A stretch of DNA of 64,000 bases from Vulcanimicrobiota bacterium (GTDB lineage: Bacteria > Vulcanimicrobiota > Vulcanimicrobiia > Eremiobacterales > Eremiobacteraceae): positions 352,001 to 416,000 of the forward strand of contig CAWDVP010000006.1 in NCBI GenBank assembly GCA_963805945.1, given 5' to 3'. Every line of letters starts with the position of its first letter. Position 1 is the first letter of the stretch. The position numbers and the translations under genes were made by a program. The notes under the pieces were generated by a model. It was not told where the DNA came from, did no database searches, and worked only from the letters and a program-made list of their open reading frames with translations. Below are positions 49,643 through 59,520 of this stretch, one piece after another.

Positions 49643-50653
49643 TTACGCGGATGGTGTGCGCCACATACGCACGAAATCGCGCAACGGCGCGAAGCCTTCC
49701 GCGCGGTCCATCGCGCGATCGAAGTAGCCGGCGGCCGAGCGCCTAGCGGCGTCGCGCGCGCCGCAGCGCTCGAGCGCGGCGCGCACCTCTTCTCTATACG
49801 ATGTATCGGCAGCGATGGCAGCGCCCTGCGGTCCGTATGCCTTGCGCAGCAGGTCCCCAGCCCCTTTGGGATCGTGCTGCATCGCCCACACGATCGGAAA
49901 CGTCTGCTTGCGGCGCGCGACGTCGCCGCCATCCGCCTTGCCGGTGCGCTCGCTGCTGCCCCAGATGCCCTCGACGTCGTCGTGGATCTGGAATCCCAGG
50001 CCAAAGGAGCGCGCGACCTCGCCGCAGCGCACGACGTCGGCGTCGCTTGCTCCTACAGAGCTGCGCGCGCCGAGCTTCGCGGCGCAGACGAACAGCGCCA
50101 CGGTCTTGCCCTCGGTCATCGCGAAATAGTCGTCGATCGAAAGCGGCGGCGCGCCCTCCATGGCTAGATCGAGCGCCTGGCCCTCGCACATGCGCACGTG
50201 CGCCTGTGCGAGTTCCTGCGTCAGCGCCTGGATGATGGCCATGCCTGCCGGCGCTTCATGCAGCGCCAAATACGCCAGCGCGCCGATCGCGTCGCCCGCG
50301 TTGATGCCGTGCGCCAGCCCGTACTTGGTCCACATCGTCTCCCGCCCGTGACGCAGTCGATCGCCGTCTTCGATGTCGTCGTGGACGAGCGAATAGTTGT
50401 GCAGCAATTCGATGGCGGCGCAGGCGGGCAACGCGGACTCGAGCTGTGCGCGCAACGATGCGGCTGACGCGAGCACGAGGCGGGGCCGTAGCCTCTTGCC
50501 GCGCCGCGCTGCCGCTTCGCCCACACCGAAATGATAGCCGACCTGCGCGGCAAGCGGCGCCGTTCGGGCATGCGAACGCAAGAACTGATCCAGCCAGCGC
50601 TCGAACGCGGCGAGCGCATCTTCTATCTCCGTGGGCGGGCTATCGCTGCTCAG
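49643..50653 (-). CDS. Polyprenyl synthetase (start uncertain: CTG 50653 or TTG 50581)
   Basis: GKRLRP, LVHDDIED..RHG, GQALD, FQIHDD. Confidence 0.9.
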   Translation of the reverse strand: MSSDSPPTEIEDALAAFERWLDQFLRSHARTAPLAAQVGYHFGVGEAAARRGKRLRPRLVLASAASLRAQLESALPACAAIELLHNYSLVHDDIEDGDRLRHGRETMWTKYGLAHGINAGDAIGALAYLALHEAPAGMAIIQALTQELAQAHVRMCEGQALDLAMEGAPPLSIDDYFAMTEGKTVALFVCAAKLGARSSVGASDADVVRCGEVARSFGLGFQIHDDVEGIWGSSERTGKADGGDVARRKQTFPIVWAMQHDPKGAGDLLRKAYGPQGAAIAADTSYREEVRAALERCGARDAARRSAAGYFDRAMDRAEGFAPLRDFVRMWRTPSA

Positions 50654-50654
50654 G

Positions 50655-51512
50655 CTACGCTTCGACTGGGGTCTGCGCCGGGAACCAGCCGCGCAGCTTC
50701 TGCTCGACCTCGTCTGCGAGGAAGCCCGGCGTCGAAGCGCCGGTCGCGATGCCGACGCACTCCGTGCCGTCGAACCATTCGCGCTGCACCTCGCCCGCGT
50801 TCTCCACCAGGTGCGCCACTGCGCCCTCGGCCTCGGAGATCTCAGCGAGATGTCTCGTGTTCGCGGACTTGGACCCGCCGACGACGATCATGACGTCGGC
50901 CTCTCGCGCGAGCTCGCGGGCCGAGAGCTGGCGCCCTTGCGTGTCCGGGCAGATCGTGTTGTAGATGCGCGTCTCGTAGTTGATGGCGGCGATCTTGGCG
51001 ACGAGCTCTTTGAAGCGATCTTCGTTGAGCGTGCTCTGCGAGACGATGGCGATGCGGCGCATGCGCCGAATCTGCGATTCGTCCTCCGGCCATTCGTTGA
51101 GCACCACCGCGCCTGGGACGTGGCCCGCGATGCCCCGCACCTCCGGGTGATTGGGGTCGCCGAGGATGATCACGCTGCGGCCTTCCGCGTGGAGCTTCTC
51201 GGCCAGCTTCTGCGTGCGGGTCACCATCGGACATGTCGCGTCGACGACGCGCAGGCCTTTGGCCTCCGCCTTCTCCAGCGTCTGCGGCGGCAGGCCGTGC
51301 GCGCGCACGAACAGGGTGCCGCTGTCGATGTCGTCGAGCGACTCGGCGTTGCGCAAGCCGCGCTCTTCGAGCTCTTTGACGATGAGGGGGTTGTGGACGA
51401 TGTTGCCCATGCTGTAGACGTCGTCGCGCTCCGACGTCTCGGCCAGCGCCTTCTTGTACGTCAGCTCGACGCCGAAGCAGAATCCCTGGGTTCGGGCCTT
51501 GAGGATCTCCAT
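50655..51512 (-). CDS. ispH: 4-hydroxy-3-methylbut-2-enyl diphosphate reductase
   Basis: GFCFGV, VHN, AHG, DATCP, TIC..T..RQ, GASTP. Confidence 0.95.
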   Translation of the reverse strand: MEILKARTQGFCFGVELTYKKALAETSERDDVYSMGNIVHNPLIVKELEERGLRNAESLDDIDSGTLFVRAHGLPPQTLEKAEAKGLRVVDATCPMVTRTQKLAEKLHAEGRSVIILGDPNHPEVRGIAGHVPGAVVLNEWPEDESQIRRMRRIAIVSQSTLNEDRFKELVAKIAAINYETRIYNTICPDTQGRQLSARELAREADVMIVVGGSKSANTRHLAEISEAEGAVAHLVENAGEVQREWFDGTECVGIATGASTPGFLADEVEQKLRGWFPAQTPVEA

Positions 51513-51520
51513 CCGTCTCC

Positions 51521-52111
51521 CTACGTCGCGAGGCCGGCGATGCGCTCTGTGAGCTCGTCGGTCCACGCCTCGATTTCGATTTTCGTGGCTTTGCGTTCGC
51601 TTCCCTGGAACGTGATCGGCGCGCCGATGCGCACCTCGACATGGCTGCCGCGCAAGCGCTTCACGGCCTGATCGGTCCGCAGCAGGGCGACGGGCACGAC
51701 CGGGCAGTGCGCGGTGACCGCGAGCAGCACCGCGCCGCCCTTCGCTTTCGCATCGCCGGCCTTGTTGCGCGTGCCCTCGGGGAAGATGCCGACGACGCCG
51801 CCTTCCTTTAGTATGCGCAGCGCGCGGCGGATGGCGCCGATGTCCGCCTCGTTGCGCGACACGGGAAAGGCGTGCACCGCCGAGATAAACCAGCCCAGGA
51901 CGGGGATCTTGAACAGCTCTTCTTTCGCCATGTAATGGACGGTCCGCGGAAACCACGTGCCGAGCAGCGGCGGGTCGAGGAACGAACGATGGTTCGCCGC
52001 CACCACGAGCGGCCCGGTCGCGGGCACGTTCTCGGTGCCGGACACGCTGACCGCGAAGGCGGCTCGCGTCGTCGGGCGCAGCACGCTCTTGCAGAACTCG
52101 TACAGACTCAC
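51521..52111 (-). CDS. plsC: 1-acyl-sn-glycerol-3-phosphate acyltransferase
   Basis: NHRSFLD, FPEGTR. Confidence 0.92.
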   Translation of the reverse strand: MSLYEFCKSVLRPTTRAAFAVSVSGTENVPATGPLVVAANHRSFLDPPLLGTWFPRTVHYMAKEELFKIPVLGWFISAVHAFPVSRNEADIGAIRRALRILKEGGVVGIFPEGTRNKAGDAKAKGGAVLLAVTAHCPVVPVALLRTDQAVKRLRGSHVEVRIGAPITFQGSERKATKIEIEAWTDELTERIAGLAT

Positions 52112-52791
52112 GCGCCGCTCGGCTCGATCGCTCTGACGCGCCGCTCGAGCGCGTCGACCACCTGCTCGAGGGTCAGCGCGGTCGTGTCGATCTCGATCGC
52201 GTCGGGCGACTTGACGAGCGGCGACACCGCTCGCTCGCTGTCGCGCGAATCGCGCTTCTCGACTTGCGTGCGCAGGCCGGCGCGATCGACCGTGCCGCCG
52301 CGCTCCTCGAGCTCGCGCAGGCGTCGATCGACCCGCGTGTCGAGGTCGGCGGTGAGGAAGAACTTGATGCGCGCGTCGGGCAGGATGACGGTGCCGATGT
52401 CGCGCCCGGCCATGACCACGTCGCGACCGTTCGCGAAGGCTCGTTGCGCCGGCACGAGCCGGTCGCGCACGCGCGGCAGCGCCGCGATGGGCGAGACCGC
52501 CCGCGCGATCTCAGGCGCGAACAATTCGCCGTCGAGCTCCCGACCGCCGATGCGGACCCGCGCGTGCCCGTCCGGCGCGGCGGTGATCTCCGGCGCCTCC
52601 CGCTCTATCAAGGCGACGACCGCAGCTTCGTCATCGGGCGCGACGCCACGCGCCAGCGCGAGCCACGCGACGGCGCGGTAGAGCGCGCCGGTGTCGAGGA
52701 ACGCGATGCCCAACCGCCGCGCCAGCGCGGCGGCGACCGTGCTCTTGCCCGATGCGACGGGACCGTCGATCGCGATGTGGAGCGGACTCAT
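52108..52791 (-). CDS. cmk: Cytidylate kinase
   Basis: IAIDGPVASGKST, DTGALYR, GRDIGT. Confidence 0.96.
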   Translation of the reverse strand: MSPLHIAIDGPVASGKSTVAAALARRLGIAFLDTGALYRAVAWLALARGVAPDDEAAVVALIEREAPEITAAPDGHARVRIGGRELDGELFAPEIARAVSPIAALPRVRDRLVPAQRAFANGRDVVMAGRDIGTVILPDARIKFFLTADLDTRVDRRLRELEERGGTVDRAGLRTQVEKRDSRDSERAVSPLVKSPDAIEIDTTALTLEQVVDALERRVRAIEPSGA

Positions 52792-52817
52792 ATGTTCTGC
52801 AAGCGAAGCCTTCGATT

Positions 52818-54346
52818 GTGCTAACCTCTCCCCTCGTCCATATCGATGGGACCAACCTGACGATTGCGCTCGTCAAGAGCATCGCCGCGGGTCAGACCGA
52901 CGTGAAGCTCGACGACAGCGTGCGTCCGCTCGTCCGGGCGGGGCGCGACGTCGTCGAAGCCACGGTCAAGGCGGGCACCCAGGTCTACGGCGTCACCACG
53001 GGCTTCGGCCGGCTCAAGAGCGTCATGATCGAACCCAAAGACGCGATCGCCCTGCAGCGCAATCTGGTGCTGAGCCATTGCACCGGCGTCGGCGAACCAC
53101 TGCCCGAGGACGCCGCGCGCGCTTCGGTCCTGCTGCGCGCGCATTCGCTGGCACGCGGCTATTCCGGCGTGCGCGTCGAGGTGATCGATCTGCTACTCGA
53201 GATGGTCAACCGCCGCGTCACGCCCATCATACCGTCGAAGGGTTCGGTCGGCGCCTCAGGCGATCTGGCGCCGCTTGCGCACATGGCGCTCGTGCTCATC
53301 GGCGACGGCGAGGCGACGTTCGAAGGCAAGCGCATGAGCGGCGGCGACGCGCTCAAAGCCGCGCAGCTCGCGCCGCTCACCTTGCAAGCGAAAGAAGGGC
53401 TCGCGCTCATCAACGGCACGCAGATCATGACCGGCATCGGCGCGCTCGCGGCGTACCGCGCGCAGCTGGCGTGCAAAGCGGCCGACATCGCGGGCGCGAT
53501 GAGTCTGGAGGCCTTTCTCGGCACCGATTCCGCCTTCGATGAGCGGCTCAACGCGCTGCGCCCGCATCCTGGCCAGGCGCGCGTCGCGGCGAACATGCGC
53601 CATCTGCTGCGCAATTCAGGCGTCATCGCGTCGCACGAGGATTGCGATCGCGTCCAGGACCCATACTCCTTCCGCTGCATCCCCGTCGTGCACGGCGCGG
53701 TGCGCGATGCGTTGCACGCGGTGGAGAACACCCTCGTCATCGAGATGAATTCGGTGACCGACAACCCGATCGTCATCCCCGAAGACGGCTCGTTCCTCAC
53801 CGGCGGCAACTTCCACGGCGAGCCGGTCGCGCTGGCGATGGACTATCTGTCGATGGCGCTCACCGAACTGGGCTCGATCGCCGAACGCCGCATCTACAAG
53901 CTGCTCGAGGGCCTCGAAGGACTGCCCATGTTCTTGAGCGAGGGCCACGGCTTGCACAGCGGCTACATGCTCGCGCAGTACACCGCCGCCGCGCTGGTGT
54001 CGGAGAACAAGACGCTCTCCTATCCGGCGTCGGTCGATTCCATCCCGACGTCCGCCGGCCAAGAGGATCACGTCAGCATGGGCACCATCTCGGCGCGCCA
54101 GTGCGAGCAGGTGGTCGGTAATCTGGAGAACATCATCGCCATCGAATTGCTTGAAGCGGCGCAGGCGCTCGACTTCCGCGCGCCGTTGACCTACGGCAGC
54201 GGCACCGCCGTCGCGCACCGCGTCGTGCGCAGCCGCGTGCCGCATCTGCGCGAGGATCGCAACCTGAGCCTCGACATCGCCACCGCGCGGGAACTGGTCG
54301 TCAGCGGCGAGCTCGTGCGCGCGGTGGAAGCCGAGATCGGCGAACT

Positions 54347-54350
<4 letters not shown>
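52818..54350 (+). CDS. hutH: Histidine ammonia-lyase
   Basis: [17 protein letters not shown] (MIO), [21 protein letters not shown]. Confidence 0.96.
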
Positions 54351-56008
<1,658 letters not shown>

Positions 56009-56146
56009 GCCGAGATCAACGCGCCGAATAATATTCGGCTGAGAAAAACTCTCACCGAAGGGGTGCAGGTCAGCCCGTTCCGCGGGCAGTACACCAGGCG
56101 CTAACACCGCACCAACGCTCTGCGCTTGCCGCCGGAGGTCTTATCC

Positions 56147-59100
56147 ATGTTCGCTCGCCGTGTGTCGCTCTTCAGCCTTATCCTGGGCGCCGCGTTCGCG
56201 TTCACATCACTGCCTGCGGGAGCCGGCACGACCGGCAACATCTCGGGCAAGACCACCGATGACAACGGCGCGCCGGTCGCCGCGGCGAAAGTGAGCGTCG
56301 TGTCGCCTTCGAAGTCGGCGACCGCCGTCACAAGCGCCAGCGGCTTCTTCTCCGTCCTCAACCTCTCGCCGGACACCTACACCGTGACGGCCTCTAAGGA
56401 CGGACTCCAAACGGCCACCGCCTACGGCGTCACCGTGCAGGCGGACCAGACGAGCCGCGTGGACCTCGTGCTGCATTCGAACGCGAAGGTGATCGGCCGC
56501 GTGACGACCACGGCGCAGGCCAACATCGTGAGCAAGAGCGTCACCGGCGACCTGTATTCGGTCAACGCGGCAGCTATCAATTCGTATCAGGGCAGCGCAG
56601 GCGGCGCGGAGACGCTGTACAGCCAGAACGGCGTTGTCGGCTCTCTCCCCGGCGTGACGCGCACCGTCGGGACCGGCGGCGGCTACGCCGGTAACGGCAG
56701 CTTGAGCATCCGCGGCGGCTCGAACGACCAGGTCGGCTTCGAGCTGGAGGGCATCCCGCTCAACCGCTCCTTCGACTCGGCGAACGCGACCGCGTTCCTC
56801 ACGAACGGCCTGTCGCAGCTGCAGGTCTACACCGGCGGCGAGCCGGCCGATTCGGGCCGCTCGATGGCGGGCTACATCAACGAGATCATCCGGCGCGGCA
56901 CGTACCCGGGCGGCGGCGACTTGACGTACGTCATCGGCACCCCAGATCTGACGAGCACAGTCCAGGCCGACATCTACGGCGGCACGCCGAACCATCATTT
57001 CACCTACTACGCCTCGACGCTGTGGATCAACGCCGGCTATAGCTTCGGCAACCGCAGCAACCTCGACAACACCAGCATCAACGTGCCGGCCAACGACCCC
57101 GGCTGCGGCGCGGCGAACGTCTTGAATGGCGCCACGATACCGGACTGCACCGTGGCGCAGACGTACAACATGCCGATCTCGCAAGGCGCATGGTCGAGTT
57201 TCCTCAACCCCCAATCATCGATGGCGGACACCGTCTTCAACTTCAATTGGGGCTTCGACCACAACGGCCTGACCGACGATCTGCAGTTCTTGTACAACGT
57301 CGGGATGACGCGCACGCCGTTCAACTATTCCGGGCCATACCTCGACCCGCTGCTCTCCGCGAGCGGCGTCGTCGGCCCGAGCGGCGCGCTGCTGTATCCC
57401 ACCGGCGCGCTCTACACCGGCCCGCTCGGCAGCATCTACAACGGCAGCGCGAGCAACTTCTACACGCTCACGTGGCCCTCGGCCGGCGGCAGCACCGGCG
57501 AGGTCCCGTTGAACTATCGCGACAGTCAGCGCACGCAATCGTCCATCGAGAAGCTCAGCTACACGCGTGCGCTCACCAGCTCGTCGTTCCTGCGCCTGTA
57601 CGCCTACGGGATATATTCGCTGTGGAACTTCGACCAGGCCACGAACAACTCGCTGGGTGATTCGTTCTACGACCTTCACGACAACGCGTACGGCGTCACG
57701 ATGAACTACCAGAACCAGATCGACCAGCACAACCTGGCGCGGCTCGACATCGACTTCCTCCAAGAGTCGAGCCTGCGCTACAACTACGCCAACAATTTCT
57801 CGAGCGACGGTTTCGTGAATTGTTTCCCGTCCGCGGTGGTCGATTATTCGGTCGGCCCGGCGGCGCTCGATTACGGCTGCGCCAACGCGTCAGCGCTCAA
57901 CCCCGAGGCGGTCGCCCAGCTCAACGGGCCGTACGCCTACTGGAACAGCATCAGCCCTATCACCAGCGACGTGGCGATCGCCGACACCTGGCATCCCAAC
58001 GACCGTTGGACGTTCGACGTCGGCCTGCGCTACGACGACTTCAACGTGCCGCTCATGCCTCTGCAGATCACCGGTCCGAACGGCATCGCCGAGCAGGCGC
58101 AGAACCAGTTCGGCACGTGCCTGCACGGCTACGCGTACGCTCCGGGCGAGAACTGCTACATCTTCTTGAACGCCGGCCTGCCGACGTCGATGGGCGGCGA
58201 CGGCACCTTCGGGGCGTCTGCCGCGCCCGGCGCCGGCAACTGGACCAACGTGAGCGGGTCCGAGACGTTCATCTATTGGAGTCCGCGTCTCGGCGCCACG
58301 TATTCAGCGTCGTCGCGCGACGTCTACCGCGTCTCGGTGGGCAGATACGTCCAAGCGCCCGCCACCGCGTATGAGGAGTACCGCGCGGCGCCGCAATGGG
58401 GGCCCGCCGACACGGTCACCATCCTCAACAGGTTCTACGACGGGATCGGGTTCACCGCGCTGCACAACATCCAGCCCCAGGACAGCACCAACTACGACGC
58501 GTCCTGGGAGCACAGCTTCAACGGCGCGCTCGCGATGAAGGTATCGCCATTCTATCGGAACACGCGCAATCAGATCCTCAACATCCCGGTCAACCCGGCG
58601 CAGCCGACCTTTGAGACCGGCTACAACTTCGGTGCGGCGCGGATCAGCGGCGCCGAGTTCCTGCTGCGCGATTCGCGTCCCGGCGACGGCTGGAGCGGCA
58701 CGCTGGCGGCGACGTACACGGATTCCAAGATCCGTTTCACGGCGCCGATCGGCGGCGCGAACTTCATCGACACGATGAACAATTCCATCACCGCGTACAA
58801 CATGCAGTACGGCACGAACTACGCCACCCTCGACCCGAACGGTTTCTACTCGCCCTCGCTCTTCCAAGCTCCGGGCGCGACCGGACCGTCGTATAATGTG
58901 GCGTGGGTCGTCAACCTCAACGCGACTTATCAGACCCACGGCTGGACGATCTCACCGACGTTCAACTACCAGTCCGGCAACCCGTACGGCGATCCGCTCA
59001 ACTTCCCCGACGCGCACTGCACATCGGCGGCGGTCACGTTCCCCGGCTGCATCCCGAATCCGGGCAGCCTTACGCCGCTCACCTATGGGCCGGATCCCTA

Positions 59101-59422
59101 CACCAAGACCTTCGACGCGCCAGGCTCGCTCAAAGGCCCGTCATGGCTCACCATGAACCTCGCGCTCTCGCACGACATCGCGCACAACATCAAAGCCAGC
59201 GTGCTGTTCACGAACGTATTCACGGTCGTGCACAACCAAGGCTACCCATGGGAGCTGGCGCCCGCCAACCAGGTGGTCTCATACGAGGACAATACCTTCT
59301 ACGGCAACAACCCGATCGGTGCGCTGCGCACGCAGTACATCGGCGACAGCTATTACGGCTACGCGCCGAGCAGCATCAATCCGTACCACCAGCTGGTGTT
59401 CAGCGTCTCGACCAAGATCTAA
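56147..59422 (+). CDS. TonB-dependent receptor-like outer membrane protein with N-terminal carboxypeptidase-regulatory-like domain
   Basis: Signal peptide; GNISG..G.F....L.P.TY.V; plug SIRGG...LEGIP; GLRYD, SPRLG; Asn/Tyr/Gly-rich barrel. Confidence 0.85.
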   Translation: MFARRVSLFSLILGAAFAFTSLPAGAGTTGNISGKTTDDNGAPVAAAKVSVVSPSKSATAVTSASGFFSVLNLSPDTYTVTASKDGLQTATAYGVTVQADQTSRVDLVLHSNAKVIGRVTTTAQANIVSKSVTGDLYSVNAAAINSYQGSAGGAETLYSQNGVVGSLPGVTRTVGTGGGYAGNGSLSIRGGSNDQVGFELEGIPLNRSFDSANATAFLTNGLSQLQVYTGGEPADSGRSMAGYINEIIRRGTYPGGGDLTYVIGTPDLTSTVQADIYGGTPNHHFTYYASTLWINAGYSFGNRSNLDNTSINVPANDPGCGAANVLNGATIPDCTVAQTYNMPISQGAWSSFLNPQSSMADTVFNFNWGFDHNGLTDDLQFLYNVGMTRTPFNYSGPYLDPLLSASGVVGPSGALLYPTGALYTGPLGSIYNGSASNFYTLTWPSAGGSTGEVPLNYRDSQRTQSSIEKLSYTRALTSSSFLRLYAYGIYSLWNFDQATNNSLGDSFYDLHDNAYGVTMNYQNQIDQHNLARLDIDFLQESSLRYNYANNFSSDGFVNCFPSAVVDYSVGPAALDYGCANASALNPEAVAQLNGPYAYWNSISPITSDVAIADTWHPNDRWTFDVGLRYDDFNVPLMPLQITGPNGIAEQAQNQFGTCLHGYAYAPGENCYIFLNAGLPTSMGGDGTFGASAAPGAGNWTNVSGSETFIYWSPRLGATYSASSRDVYRVSVGRYVQAPATAYEEYRAAPQWGPADTVTILNRFYDGIGFTALHNIQPQDSTNYDASWEHSFNGALAMKVSPFYRNTRNQILNIPVNPAQPTFETGYNFGAARISGAEFLLRDSRPGDGWSGTLAATYTDSKIRFTAPIGGANFIDTMNNSITAYNMQYGTNYATLDPNGFYSPSLFQAPGATGPSYNVAWVVNLNATYQTHGWTISPTFNYQSGNPYGDPLNFPDAHCTSAAVTFPGCIPNPGSLTPLTYGPDPYTKTFDAPGSLKGPSWLTMNLALSHDIAHNIKASVLFTNVFTVVHNQGYPWELAPANQVVSYEDNTFYGNNPIGALRTQYIGDSYYGYAPSSINPYHQLVFSVSTKI

Positions 59423-59435
59423 AACCTCAACGTAT

Positions 59436-59520
59436 GTAGGGGCCGATCTTCAGATCGGCCCCTTTTTCTTATCGGGTCGACCTAAAGGTCGACCCCTACA
59501 TCTTCATGGTCGACCCCTAC
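59436..59520. repeat. REP cluster, family B (inverted doublet plus half copy)
   Basis: GTAG-GGGCCGATCT-TC-AGATCGGCCC; GGGTCGACCT-AA-AGGTCGACCC-CTAC; GGTCGACCC-CTAC supplies TAG of the convergent gene. Confidence 0.85.
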
